A stretch of DNA of 64,000 bases from Octopus sinensis (GCF_006345805.1 NC_043004.1:24056001-24120000); one strand, 5' to 3'; shown: positions 14,620-28,806, numbered from the stretch's first letter. Translations and numbers: made by a program. Notes: a model not told the origin generated them from the sequence alone.

Positions 14620-15095
14620 CTTCTAAGTAATTACGAGAAACTCCAAGCTAATTTCAACAATGGTGAAGTAAAGATTACTGAATCACCAGGGTAGCGAGAT
14701 GACATGAAATTTCTACTTCATTTGACCAGAATATTTCGTTTCTTTGAAGAAACCAGCAATTTCTTACTGTAAAGTTTCAAAAAATACCCAACTTAAATAA
14801 TGCAAGATGGAATTCTCGAGTAATACTAGCGTTTTAGCGTTTATTCTTCTACCAGAGAAAAGAGATTTGCTTATCAATGTTAGTTGATTCATCTCTTACA
14901 ACTGGGTAGGTTTTTGGTTTACTGACCAAATGTTCGATGCACTTGGTTATCAGAAGTTATGTGGTAGCCTACAAGTTCATAAAAAAAAGCATTGAACACT
15001 GTAAACAATTTTTGGAGTAGAAAAACCATCAAAACTGGAAATACCCAGAACAATTCAGAGTGCACAACGGGCAATCAAGTGCTTTCAAGATATGA
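14620..15095 (+). pseudogene. Degraded DNA-transposase relic, possibly hAT-superfamily (hATm-like)
   Basis: Joining frames across stops and frameshifts gives NYEKLQANF..G*RDDMKFLLHLTRIFRFFEE..NARWNSRVILA/LAFILLPEKR..FISYNWVGFWFTDQMF..PRTIQSAQRAIKCFQD. The ARW and AxRAIK motifs recall hATm-type transposases. Recognition is from memory, unverified. Confidence 0.4.
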
Positions 15096-16344
15096 TATTT
15101 GTAAAAAGAAAGAAAAACTTCAGCTTCGATATATTTTATCTAACAAAACATATTAATTCTTAGTTTAAAAATTTGCTAACATTCAGCACCCTTTTTCTTA
15201 TACAGTTGTTTAAAATTGGAATTAAACTTATAAAGTTAAAAATGTGTATAGTTTTAAATTTTGTATGTTATCGATTGCCTGTAGTGGTCTCTCTTAAATT
15301 AGCCTAGTTTTGAACTTTGCATAGCGCGATTTCCATTTAGTAATCTTAAAAATGTATAAATACACTTTTATTCCACCCCTCTCTTACGTTTACAAGGATT
15401 TAAGCAGCGGAAATACAGAAGTGTGAATCTAGTGCCACCTAGTGATTATAGTTTAAAAGGCTCGAAACTACTTCAACTAGAAAGCTGATATTGCATTGAG
15501 TCAAGTTTGATAAAAACTTGAGTTAGCGTTATGAACCCACTAGAATTTTGCATGATTTGTGTCAAAACTGGTGACATTTCTTTTCAAATGAAGCAAATAA
15601 CATTTGTTAGTTTCCTTTTATGAAATTTTTCATCGAATTATAGTATGTATTGTGATCAAGAGGTTTTCATGTTCAAAAAACACGTACTAAGATTAAAAAA
15701 GAAAATTTCAATTCTCAATCATGATTGGCGAGGGATTAAACTACAGCAGCAATTCCTGCAATAAATACCAAAACAACGCCCACATAAATATTTAAGTTGC
15801 AAATGAGCTTACATATAGGTATTTGATTACAAAGTTACTGGAGATGTAACTATTGAATACTAAATGACCGGACGGACATGTAGACATTTGAACAGAACAA
15901 CTGATGTATGTATATTTGAATAACAAATATAAGTCGTGTAGCTTCGACATCAGATCAGTACTGATCGAGTAGAACACCGTAAAAACATTCTTAACGTAAC
16001 CATCCATTATTTTAGTTTGAGGATGATCTGTACTGGCCGCATTAAAAATAGTAGAGTTCTATATGCTGATCTTAAGTTTAAAAACCTTCATTCCTCGAGT
16101 AAATTAATTTATCGATCTGTGATACCTTATTAAAGGTACCAATAAATGGTGTGCACCGACGCATTGCACTCATAATTTAAGGACTTTGCCACAATTGGCT
16201 GAACAAATGATGAATATATAACAAGATATTAAAAAGTATATAGCTTTGTTTTTAAATATTCATGATTCGTAGCAATCTGCAGTTTGTTTCGTTTGCATTG
16301 AAATCGGGAACCCCACGCAATTTGTCGTTAATTATAAATATTCT

Positions 16345-16850
16345 TTTCTACTCTAGGCACAAGGTCCGAAATTTTGGGGGAGGGGGGCAGTCGATTAGAT
16401 CGACTCCAGTACGCAATTGGCACTTAATTTATCGATCCCGAAAGGATGAAAGGCAAAGTCAACCTCGGCGGAATTTGAACTCAGAACGTAGCAGCAGACG
16501 AAATACCTATTTTTTAAATTCCCACAAGCGGCTAAACACAGAGGGGACAAACAAGGACAGACAAACGGATTAAGTCGGTTATATCGATTGCAGTGCGTAA
16601 CTGGTACTTATTTAATCGACCCCGAAAGGATGAATACCGCTGAGCATTTCGCCCGGCTTGCTAACGATTCTGCCAGCACGCCGTCTTGGTAGTTATCAAT
16701 ATTAATAAATAAATAATGTTGTCGGAGTCGAATTTGCCTTTCATCCATTCGGGATCGCTAAAATAAGTACCAGTTGAACACTGTGGTCGATGTAATCGAC
16801 TAGATCTCTCCCCCCAAATTCCTGGCCCTGTACCAAAATTTGAAACAAAC
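16345..16850. mobile_element. Cluster of three SINE family A pieces: about 16345-16510 (-), 16570-16690 (-), 16722-16850 (+)
   Basis: Repeated TTTATCGATCCCGAAAGGATGAAAGGCAAAGTC and TTAATCGACCCCGAAAGGATGAA on +, and the opposite-strand TTTGCCTTTCATCCATTCGGGATCGCTAAAATAAGTACCAG. Confidence 0.75.
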
Positions 16851-18592
16851 ATTAATAAATAAACATTTATTCGGTATTACATCTAGAATACTTTACTTAA
16901 TAGTGGATTTAGTTATCTTACTGGCCTTTCATACACAATGTAATAATGATAAACAGTATTTTCATTTCAGAGAAACGCATAATAGACATTAATCTATAAT
17001 GTAACAAACGTATCTTCTTTTCTAAGATGCTGTGTAAGACATCATAATCAACACCTGAATATATTTTAGCTGCACCCATTACAATGAAGTATCAACCAAA
17101 TATTTACTACATTTATTTATTGCCATTTAACATATTTAATTTAACACCGTATTTATTTAAAAATGAAATCTGTTTCCGATTATCTCATTCATTCTTCAAT
17201 TGCAAATGAACATTATAAGTATTAAATACTATAAAAATAACAATAATACCAACCAAAAGATATGTTTGAATTGATAAATACTTTGTAAATACATTAAATT
17301 TTAATCTCTCTTTTTTTATGGATATATTACACTGACACATGTCTTTAAGTAGGCGGAATATATTCGTGTGAAATAAATTTTTATTTATGCTTGGTCTGTA
17401 TTTTAATTATCGTTTATAGTATTAAAATCAGGAGTTATTATGTTTGATAATTAGATTAGCATTGTAGTAGTAATTCTTGTAGATAATTGTACCATCCATA
17501 ACGAGTTAAAGTGAATCAAGAAATAACACATACACTTCATTTTCAAGTTGTGTTTCGTCTTCAAGTTCAGTTTATATGAATTTGTTTAAAACCCCATAAA
17601 AATAGTTACAAATCTGTCAATTTATACAGAATATTGCTGTAGGCAGTGGTCTATGAAATATTTATGAGGCCGAGGAAAATAAATAAAGAAAAACCTCATT
17701 TATTGTCCCATGTGACGACAATTTATTTCGATGTTTTCCAAAATTGCAGACACACAACCGATGAAACTGTATTTATTTCTGTTCTGATGAATTTTGATAT
17801 AATTTTCTATATTTGTTTCAGAGTACTTTTTACAAAAAAATGCCAAACAAAATAATTATGCTATAGAAAAAAGTAAATGTTTCAACATTTTTAGAACGGT
17901 ATTCTAATTCAACTTTAGTTTGGTAAATATTAATATGAATAAAATGGAGGACTAGTTTGTTTCGCTGTTTATGAATAAGTTGTCCTGTTGGAACCAGCTT
18001 AATAATATGATGTGATGTTTTAGCACCTATTTAAGGGAGAGCAGTCTATTAAATTCTCTGAAGTAGGCATATCGTTATTGATGCTGCATTATGTATTAAG
18101 GGAGAGTAATATAACTAACTCTACTATTAAATAATGATTCAAACTGTTAAACGAAGTATATATTTAATTTCTAATATTGAAAATATTGAAATTGACTCAA
18201 ACAGGGTCAGTCACATTGGGTGAGATGACCAGCCTTTCACTGGATTTTCATAGTTTCAACATTCCTTGTAGACTATTCAGGAGCAGAATATTCTTCTGAT
18301 ACTTGTATTCTTAACGTAAACTCAGACAAGTTCAAGGTCACACAAAGTGATAGAACTATTGTATTACACAGGTACACCCCATGTGGCTTCAATTCACTTT
18401 TCCTCTACCTAACACAATGTAGAAGGTTTAAAAACAAAACTTGCATTATTACTTTAAGCAGATTTACTGTTTGCTAAGAAAGCGTCATCGTGTAACTTGA
18501 CGTTAAGAGTTTAGTCTCTTTCTCTCCGGCTCTCTCTCTCACACACTCTCTCTCTCTCCGTATATATATGTGTGTGTGCGTGTGTATGTATA

Positions 18593-18647
<55 letters not shown>

Positions 18648-18650
<3 letters not shown>

Positions 18651-18766
18651 AAGAGCGTAGGCTCGAAACGTAAAAGACTTTTTTTCTTCCTGAGCGTTAT
18701 AATAATAGATCTGTTTGTCTTGTACACCACCTGTCTTCGTCTTTTGTTTTTTTCGTAAACTCTCCC
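18648..18766 (+). mobile_element. Short hammerhead-like element, family H, copy 1 (5' end cut inside the ribozyme core)
   Basis: AAGAAGAGCGTAGGCTCGAAACGTAAAAGAC plus a 100-bp tail ending GTAAACTCTCCC; (TA)n on both sides. Homologous to 20073-20220 and 32440-32611. Confidence 0.75.
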
Positions 18767-18873
18767 TATATATATATATCCATATATCCATATAGATATA
18801 CATACATATATATATTTATACACTTATATTATGTACCTATATCTAGCTATCTATCTTTTTATATGTATGTATG

Positions 18874-18933
<60 letters not shown>

Positions 18934-19791
18934 TGTGTGGGTGTGTGTATGTGTGTGTGAGTAATGTTTGTTATATAGTATGTATCAATATTATACATAG
19001 ATTCCTACGATATAAATATATTGGGTTTTACTTTAATGAACAGTCCTGCATTGTTGTTTTTTCATTATTTCCGTATTTATCGCCGTCAATTCTCTGCTGA
19101 TCGTTTTCCTCTCGTTTTCCTCAAAGTGTGAACCAAGAGATATTGATAAGATCTCCGATAATACATTTCTTTTTTTGGTTAATTTGGCGTGTTGTAACTG
19201 AAACATTAGAAATTTCATGCATACATACAGAAATATAAACGTGTGGGTGGAAGGAATATAATTTTAGATAAAAACTGAACTATAAGCATTGAATCTAAAC
19301 AATTTGATAGAATAAATTATTTGTCAGAATATTTTATTAGTGAAAATATTGTACGTTTAGGTCCCTTTGTACTTCAACTTTAGCCACCTACTATTATTTA
19401 TAGCTAGCGAACAACACCTGCTGAAGAAGCAAATAACAGTAACTAAAACCATTAGACGCCTTAGAAGTTATACTTAAGAGAGAATATAGATATTCATTCC
19501 TTATATAGATGTATTCGATATTCATTCGTACTGTTCAGTCTATTCTCATAGAAGTCATTCAATTACATAACCAAGCTACTCCTCGAAGCAACTGTCCAAT
19601 TTGCCAGGTCCAACCTGACCAGCTCATTTTCGTCTTTGTCACAAGCAGGCTTACTTTTTCCCCACCCAGCCCCTGAATACACGGTCGCTGGGATCCAGGT
19701 CCTGGTTAATGTAACCAGAATATTGTATATATATATCTATAAGTAGAAGTGTATGTACATACTCAGACATACATCTAACTAAATGTATGCA

Positions 19792-19870
<79 letters not shown>

Positions 19871-19873
19871 TAA

Positions 19874-19908
<35 letters not shown>

Positions 19909-20072
19909 TGTATGTATGTATGTATATAAATTAGAGAAGAACCAGCTTTTATCAATTCAACAATGAAATAACAATGATATAATTAAATTATACCATATAG
20001 AAAAAAAATTTGGAATAATATTCCTTAATATTATTATTATTATTTTATATATATATAATTATATATATATAT

Positions 20073-20214
20073 AATTTTCTCTCCCTGTCTTCCTTTCTGT
20101 CGAAAAGCGTAGGCTCGAAACGTAGACGACTTTCTCACTTCCCGAGTGTTAAACTAATATATCTGTTTGTTGTTTACAGACCCATCATCGTCTTTTGTTG
20201 TTTTGTTTTTCGTA

Positions 20215-20220
<6 letters not shown>
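20073..20220 (+). mobile_element. Short hammerhead-like element, family H, copy 2
   Basis: CCTTT-CTGTCGA-A-AAGC-GTAG-GCTC-GAAA-CGTA-GACGAC plus the family tail. TA-rich left flank, (CT)n(TA)n right flank. Confidence 0.75.
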
Positions 20221-20285
<65 letters not shown>

Positions 20286-21164
20286 CATGTATGTATGTAT
20301 ACATGCTTGTATGTATGTGTGTGTGTGCGTGCGTGTGAGTGTGTGTGGGGTTTCAATATTCCAACACAATTCCTTAGATTTAAAGATTTGAAATAATCTT
20401 CAAATGAATTCGTCCTGTAATCAAAGTGGCTCTTCATTAAACATATTGTAGCTGTTTCGTTTTTCATATTTTTTGTTATTTGGGAAAGCGAAAGCGAGAG
20501 CTACTTTACGAGTAATTTCAAACATTTGTTATTAACACTAACTGCAATTGAATTCCTGAGTATTAATTTAGAAAGAGAAAACATTTTGTTTTTTTTTTCA
20601 TCCCATTGAGATTTCGTTGATGTAAGTTCTGGAGGGGGTGGGGGGTGAAACGACTCAAAGTTATTACTGAAACGCAAGAAGCAGAAACTTCAGTAGAAAA
20701 TAAATAATATACAAATATGAAAATATTCAGAATTTCTGGCAAAATCACAGTTTTATAAAAGCTGATAAAAAGAAAACTAAATGACATTCGTTTGCAAAAA
20801 TAACCTTCGATTAAAGTGCTGTATTTCATTGATATCAGCCGTAAAAGATTTGCAACGAAATTTTGTGCCACTTATCCATGTCAGTGACAGAATTTTAGAA
20901 AAGTGAGGGAAAATATGGTATTTAATAATTACATTCACACAACAGAATATATTCTAGCAAAATAAGATTATTTAATATTTTATGGAAGTATTAGCTCCAA
21001 ACAGAATTAAATATATGGGTAATTTTCACATATACATTTTTAATCTTTTGTTTAGATTAAAGCAATAAAACTTTTATTTCATTGTTGAAAATTTATTCAA
21101 CTATTATTCTCTTAAAATGCTGGTGAACTGCACCGTGAAAATAAGGATCACGCATATATTGATG

Positions 21165-21355
21165 ACAAATTTTGGCACAAAACAGTCATTTTCGGTGAAG
21201 GGGCCAAGTCGATTACATTGACCCCAGTGTTCAACTGGTACCTATTTTATGAGGTCCGAAAGGATGAAAGGCAAGGTCGACTTTGGTGATGTTTGAAATC
21301 AGAATGTAAAGACGGATGAAATGCTGCTAGGCATTTTACCCGGCGTACTATGGAT
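21165..21355 (-). mobile_element. SINE family A copy
   Basis: TTTTGGCACAA..CTGGTACCTATTTTATGAGGTCCGAAAGGATGAAAGGCAAGGTCGAC..CGGCGTACTATGGATTCT on +. Confidence 0.7.
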
Positions 21356-22384
21356 TCTCAAACGGGATGGATTGTAAAGTAACAAACATGTATGCAGATG
21401 CCATGAGATATTGAAAGAGTGTCGGTGTAAGTGGAGGCTTGACAAGGCCTTACAGAAATTATCAAATGAGCAGGCCTACAGTGTTATGTACTACAATTAG
21501 CACCCACCACAACCCAATAATATTAGATTCGTAACAGAAGGTGAGACAAGGTAAAAGCAACTATCGCAGACCTATTTTCTATTTTGCATCAAATCTCATG
21601 TTGGGAGATGGAAATGGCCCCGAGGAATCGACTCATCCTTCCACAAGAGATAACGGTAATATCATTCCGTCCAAATATCTTTAAACTATATATACAACGA
21701 TGTTGTTTCACCTTAGAGCTACCAAATGCACTCACGAGGCTTTGGTCGTCCCGGTAATAAATCGGAAGACACTCTATATAGAACACAACGGGAATGAACC
21801 TGGAACCGTGTGATGGAGAAGCAAACTTCTTACTTCATAGTCAGGCAAATAATTTCTTTTCAGATATTTTGTAGTTATATGAAGAGCAAAATCTAAAACA
21901 TTGAATATATTATAGATGAGGGTGGTTTCTCATGAGCCCTTACTTGGAGTTTCACGTGGTACACGTTTCATCGAGCAGAGAATTTTGATTTATTCGAGGT
22001 ATCCAAGATGACGCCACTATATATATGTACCACTAGCAATAGCAGACAATGTGTTTTCTGTACATGAATTTGCTGGACAAAAAATTAACAACGTTTTTAG
22101 CATTAAAAATGGTTACCTATGCAAATAACTCTTTTATTTTATTGTATTTCCAAAGGGTGAAAACTCTCTGCATTACGATGTGTTACGATGCATTACGATC
22201 TTGCAAAGCTTTTCTTCACCTATCCAGGTTTTGTCAGTTGCAGTTGATACTTAAAGAGTTTCATTTATACACAATGTGCATTTACTGGCATAAGACTTGC
22301 ACAGCTTTAGTCTCTCGGGATATAACTTTCGAATTTTTTAGATTTTTCTGCTGTCTTTGAACTACAAATTTTTTTTTGGTGATA

Positions 22385-23192
22385 AAGAAATTGAACTGCT
22401 TCTGTTTTTCCCTTCGATCTTTTTTGAAGAACTCTTAGCAATACTTTGCTGGGGTGGCTCATCAAGTTGATTCTCTTATAATTTTGACAGTCTTAAGTTG
22501 CATTTTTTGGGAATATGTATCATCAGTGATTAGGTCCATTCCGTTGTCCACTGGTTCGTTTCCCACACCTTGTAATAGGAGACTGTTAGTGTCATGATAA
22601 TCTTTCAGCCTCTATCTCTAAAAGCTCTGATGGGTTGTTATCCATTATCCAGCATGGGGATTTCCCATCTTTGAGTATGTGTACTAACTCTTCGACTTCT
22701 TCTGGAGAAGTAGAGCATCCCTAAATTCACTGTTATTATGGTGAGAATTGTCTTGGATGTTGCTGTCATGTTTGAGTTTGTAATCGTAAAGGTCTTTGCA
22801 ATACTGAGACCATCTTTTGAGGACATCATTCTCATATGTGAGGGCCAGGCTTGTTTTGTCCTCGTTGATAGTGGTGTTGTGTTTCTTTACTTTCGCTTGG
22901 ATTTTGAGGGTTTCATAAGCTGTCTTGCGGTTTCCTTTTTCTATTCCAGTTTCTATGAATTTGCACTGGTCAGCTATCCATTCCTCTTTGGATTCCCTCA
23001 TTTTTTTTCTAACCTTCCTATTGACAGCATTGTATCACTGACTTGCATCCAGCCCCGTCAATTTGGTCTTCTTCGCGATGCGTCCTAAATCACATAGGTT
23101 CAAGATGTCACCAGCGACAGAAAGTTTCTTTTTCGTTCTTCATCCTAGCGCTTCCCAACTCAGTTCCTGAAGTGCTTACTTGATGTTGTCGG
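22385..23192 (-). pseudogene. RTE-clade LINE ORF2 relic: linker and start of RT
   Basis: Minus strand reads DNIK*AL..RTKKK..GDILNLCD..YNAVNRKVRKKMRESKEEWIADQCKFIE..VLKRWSQYCKDLYDY.., then EEVE..HTLKDGKS.. and IHIPKK, typical of the RTE linker and RT N-terminus. Stops and frameshifts present. Confidence 0.85.
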
Positions 23193-23587
23193 ACGATACG
23201 AGATCGGAGGAACCAGCGATCGTGAACTACGACACCTAGAATTTACTAGCACTCACAAGCTTACCGTAGTCAACATATTGTCCAAAGATGATCTCGCGTA
23301 GAACAACATGATATGCACCTAGCGGCAGAACTCACAACTAAATTGACTTCATTCTCACATCTCATTCGCTTAAATCAAGCAGCAAGACGGCTTTCCCTGC
23401 TGCAGATTTCAACAGTGATCATGATTTGGTCATGATGACAACGAGGTTCAAGCTGAAAAAAGGAGTCTTTAGTTAAGAACCACACATATTTGACTTGGTG
23501 TAGGTTACCGTGGTGATTAGTGCGAAAGTGTTTGGCAGATTTGCAGTCATTAACCTTCTGGAAGATGATATGAACACCCTGGCTGAT
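23182..23587 (+). pseudogene. RTE-clade LINE ORF2 relic: C-terminal half of the AP endonuclease, inverted relative to 22385-23192
   Basis: Plus strand reads DVVGRYEIGGTSDRELRHLEF..APSGRTHN*IDFIL..AADFNSDHDLVMM..LKK..FAVINLLEDDMNTLAD, with the IDFIL and SDH endonuclease motifs. Confidence 0.85.
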
Positions 23588-23764
23588 ATATATATATGTA
23601 CTTCATTTCTGATATAGAAATCTAATGTATTATTGGAAATATCAATAGAACTACTAAAGATTAAAATATTAAAATACAAATAACGGAGTTCTACTTGCTG
23701 AATTAATTTGATACTGCATACATAACCCGTAAATATGACATTCTATATAGTCCATATTTGTGTG

Positions 23765-24300
23765 ATAACGAAGGTTGCTCTAGAACCACGTGCTTTCGAG
23801 TTCAGTCTCACTGCGTAGCACCATCAAATATCTTCTGGATTGCAAATTCGATAGACGGATATTGATTGGAATCCCGTCCTATATGCATACGTGTATGTGT
23901 ATATTAATGTGTTATATGTATGAGTAAGTGTGAGTGTGTTTGCATGTATTTATGTTTGTCCTCTCCGAAATGCTTGGCAACCGAGTTCGACTTCGTCTTC
24001 CATTCTTTCAGGGTCAATAAAATAAGTGACAGTTGAGCACTGGGGCCGATGTAATTGACTAGAGGCCTCCCATCAAAATTTGAAACACTTTGCCTTTAGG
24101 AGAAAAAATTATAATTAGCTGCTGGACGTCGGTAAGCTGGCAGAATCGCTAGCGTGTCAAAAAAAAAAACAAAAAAACCTGCGATCTATAACGTTCGGAG
24201 TACAAATTCGACGTCGACTTTGTTATTCATCCTCTTGGGGTTACTAAAATAATTACCAGTTGAGCTCCCTAAAACTGCTGCCCTTGTGCCAAAATTTTAT
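23765..24300 (+). mobile_element. Composite SINE stretch: family B head/core joined to a family A body (to about 24110), then a second family A copy (about 24125-24300)
   Basis: CCACGTGCTTTCGAGTTCAGTCTCACTGCG head and ..GAATCCCGTCC.. of family B switch after CAACCGA to TTCCATTCTTTCAGGGTCAATAAAATAAGT of family A. Confidence 0.6.
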
Positions 24301-27300
24301 CAAGATCATTTCAAAGCCCATATTTTTTAATATAACTTGAACCACATTTCCAACTATATTCTTTCGTGTAAGAGATTGGTAATTTCGAGAGGAATTAGCT
24401 GCTATTTTATATATTTTTCATGACCTCTTACAGGCTGCCCGGTAGCTCTAATAGCTCATATTACGCTCCCCTTACGCTCATCGTTGATATTCAACTTACA
24501 GACAACTTTTCAATTTATCCCATTTGGATTTGATAAACAATTAACAAAGCTCTCATGCAGTCTTCTTTAAGCACATAAATTATTAACTACGTGAAAGCAA
24601 TAACCATCGGTCAATATTATAACAGCAATCAGGCAAGCATGTCAATACAGAATAGCATAAGCTATAATGTAATATAAAAATAAGAAGCTACAGTTGATTT
24701 CATCGTTGGTCGTAAATTCTAGATTTCCATCAACATTACATGTCGTTACGTCAATGTGAAATCCTGACGTTCTGACAATGTTTATTGGTTTCCTCTATTA
24801 TTCTTTATATTGCTAAGTTGTCCCGTGATTGATTTAAGAATCCATACATGGAAATCATTGTAGGATTTCGTCTCAAGAGCTATTTTTGTCTTAAATTACA
24901 TCTTGCGAATATAATTCTATATTTATAAACAGAGAAACACTCACATAATGCATACGCACACAAACACACACACACACATATCAATAGGAATAAATACAAA
25001 CACACACACATACGTACGTATGCGTATGTGTATATAATATATATATATATATGCATGTATGTGTATATGTATGTATTTGTCTCTGTGTGTATGTGTGTTT
25101 GTACGTGGACACAAATATATATTTACGTGTATGTAAATTAACCCATGAATATATATATTTATACACACGCACACACATACACGCATACGTATATATATAT
25201 ATATATACACACATACACATGCATACGCAGATATTTGTATGTATGCATGTACATGTTTGTAGTTTGGTGGGTATGTGTGTGGATGTCATTTCTGTATTCT
25301 GTATATTATTAGATGCAGCTACAGGAGAAAGTAGGAAATCATTCAATAACATTAACTAGTTCTCTTCCTTTCCTCTCCATCGCTGCCAGTTCGATAATAC
25401 ATAAATACCCAATAATGCATAAGGCTACTTCAATGCTCTATAAACTTCAGCAAAATAATTACTTGTATGTGTAATCAAAAGTTGCCAATATATATCGGAA
25501 GATGGTAAGGAACCCAGATTTCTTGAGGGCCGTTTTTATAGGCAGCAAATCAAAAATAACATTATGACAATAATATAATCTTGAAGTTTATAAGAAGCAT
25601 TTGAATTAGATACTTAGATATATGCAAATATGTTAGAGGAATACCGCTTCAATATTGAATAAAGAAAAGAATAAAAGTATTGAACATTTACATCTTCATA
25701 TAAGAATGAACATTTATGGATTGGTAATTCTAAACAATATCAATATTGAGATGTGCAGAAATCTATCTCTTAGTGGATAAGTTGGTGTCTGGCATACAGA
25801 TCCGATTATGTCTGATGGTTTAGACTCTCACTACATATTTTGATTTTTGTTTATGCGTTGTCTAGGTGTATATTGCTTATTGCTTATGTTGCTGTTGTTG
25901 TTGTTTGAAGTCTAGATCAGATTTTCTCGACTAAATATAAGATTAATCGCTTTCCAGCCATGACTATACAGCCTATTTGAGAAGGGTGTCTCAAATACAA
26001 TTTTTTGTTTGTGGCGATGGAGTACGTGTTCTATATGATTTTGGCTACTATTTCTTGCAGGTGAAATTATCACGTAGCAGCTACCTTATCTATTATCTAG
26101 TGTTGATTCACAAGTCACATGTGGTTCTCAGAATACTTTAACTACCATTTTGGACGTACTTTGATAAACGACTTCAACCATTCCTTTCAACTCAGGGGAT
26201 CAAAAGAAACTCGGTATCTTACTGCTCATATTATATACATTACTACAATTAATTGTCATCCTATTTATATGCACCTTGTTATTGAACATGTTTACTGAAC
26301 CAGGTACAGAATTTGTGAATTTGATTAAGACATATTTATGAATAAATTCTCGATAGGAATTCGCGTTAATATTTTCTCTTCTGAAATGTCTTTCTAATTA
26401 CTAATTGTGATGAGAGATACGCCGTTATGAAAGATATTGCTTGGACCTGCATGGAAAAAGGTTAATATGGAAATATCATTAATGCAAAAGCTGCATTACT
26501 TTCGGTAATATAATTGCAGAAACTTCTGATACACTTTAGCCATTCGAGAGTACCACAAATTGCCGTTAAATCCACGGTTGAAGGCTAGAGAATGTATAGT
26601 ACGTTATTAATAATATTGGCTGCAGATCCGTGGAGAAAAGCTGAAATATTTTATGTTGCCGGGGATAAAGTTTGTGTACTAGAATTTTAGTAAGTATTTG
26701 AACAGGTATATGTTAACATAAAGAAACTAACTCATTGCTAAATGCTTGTTGTCATTTGCTTTCAGTGACAATACAAGTTCACATGTGGTGCCCGGCCTCA
26801 TACATACACACATTGGGATGGTGTAATCTGTAGCATCTTATCTTACCGTTGATTGTCAACCACCGCAGAGAATTCGCTGACCAAGTCTCCGACAGTTATT
26901 GCAGTACACTTCGCCTGGGTTTCAAGAGAGTGGTTCACATGCTACTTAGCCCATAGCTGGGATGCTAATAGGTGCTACTACTTAGTGTCAGAGTATGCTT
27001 GGGGAACAATAGAGGCTAAGAAGTGGTTCCACACTTCTAAACCCCGTACTAATTGGCCCCGTCGGATGCAGTTTAACGTGTTATTTAGGACACCTAAATA
27101 CTTCTCGACTGGATGGGACCCCGGTACGGTGGGATTGCGGGGCCACAATGCGCGCTCGATGTTCACTGAGCCCTGCAATTCGCATCAGTTCATGTGGATA
27201 GCTGTGCACTCTATCGCCAGATGAGCCGAGACATTTCCCTCACATAAAACATAATAGATAGCCCACAGTCGTGAAAAAGTGATCTACAGAAACCATGTAC

Positions 27301-27764
27301 ATTACTAGAATATAGAATGTATACGTTGTAAAACTGTAACATTTTTAATAGTAATAAAAGTAAATATAAAACAAACATTTCATACAGGAGCAAAATTAGA
27401 ATACTTGACTTTTTGCATTCCTTTGACGCATTCAGATTAAAAAGAAAGCTCCGGGTTATTTCTTCGTCAGATAATGGAATTAGGAAGTGGATTTGGTTTG
27501 CGGAGAGTTACAGCTTGAATACATCAGTTATAGAATCTTACATCAACGTATCAATATGAAAAGTAATTCATTGTTTGCTTTTACATGCGTGGATGTGTTT
27601 TAAGGGGCTTTCTTCTTAACCATGTGGTCTAGCGTTCAGTTTCTTCTACTATATCTTCAGGCCAAGCATAACTTGAGAATGGATTTAGTAGACGAAGCTA
27701 GTCACCCCCCACCATATTTATGTATATATATATGTGTGTGTGTGTGTTTGTGTGTATGTGTGTT

Positions 27765-27812
<48 letters not shown>

Positions 27813-28430
27813 CGGACAGACAGACGGAGAAAGAGAGTGAGAGAGAGATACATGCGTATTTCTATGTGTTTATTCCCCACTAAGTCTCGAAACCAGTGTT
27901 GATTTATTTCTCTCCCAGTAAATTAAAATAAGTACCAGAGTAGATTTTTCGGCTATACCGTTTGATGCAGTGCTCCAGCATGACCGCTTTCAAAAGACTA
28001 AAATGAGTAAAAAGAGTGTATACTAGAATATTCGTTAAAGCAGAAATTTATTTGTCCAAGGTTTAAGCAAATCTCCGATTTGGAGAGTCAATACCCATCT
28101 CAGCTAATTTGTATAGTTGTCCTAGCCTCATGCAGAGCAATGCAAGAATTACTGAAATATTTAAGAATTACACGCTTGAAATTAATATATCTGATTTTAT
28201 TATTCAAAGAAGTAATAGACTGCATACCGTTTTCTGGGAAGGAGATTAGGCGGATAATTGTTCTAAATTAAACTAATTTGTCCGAAACCGGAATTACTAT
28301 ACGTTTACAGGTTGAAGCAATTATTTCAGACAATAAGATATTGATTTCTGCCTATGATAGCAATGTCAAGGTTGAAACACTTAAATCTAAGGAGATACAT
28401 AACGGCCATCCAATATTGTAATAATGATTA

Positions 28431-28648
28431 AAGCAGCGAGTTGGCAGAATCGTTGGCACTACGGGCAAATGCTTAGCAGCTTTTCGTCCGTCTTTATGTC
28501 CTAAGTTCAAATTCCGCCAAGGCTGACTTAGCTTTTCAACCTTTCGAGGTCTATAAAATAAGTACCAGTTCCTCACTGGCATCGATGTGATCGACTTACC
28601 ATCTGGCTCTAAATTTCTGGCCTTGTACCAAAATTTGAGGTCAATATT
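28431..28648 (+). mobile_element. SINE family A copy, complete
   Basis: GGCAGAATCGTTGGCAC..AGTTCAAATTCCGCC..CCTTTCGAGGTCTATAAAATAAGTACCAG..TGGCCTTGTACCAAAATTTG. Confidence 0.8.
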
Positions 28649-28771
28649 AAAGTAATGACTTAATGAATAATTTGAAAATACCTTTCACGTTCAATGATGT
28701 TGAACCAAGATTATGTGCACATATATAAATAAATACGCTCAAAAACACCCATATTCATATAGATATGCTTG

Positions 28772-28806
<35 letters not shown>

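Noticed and set aside
26850-27235. GC-richer segment with a 123-aa ORF
   Set aside because: No recognisable domain or splice pattern; probably an unclassified repeat.
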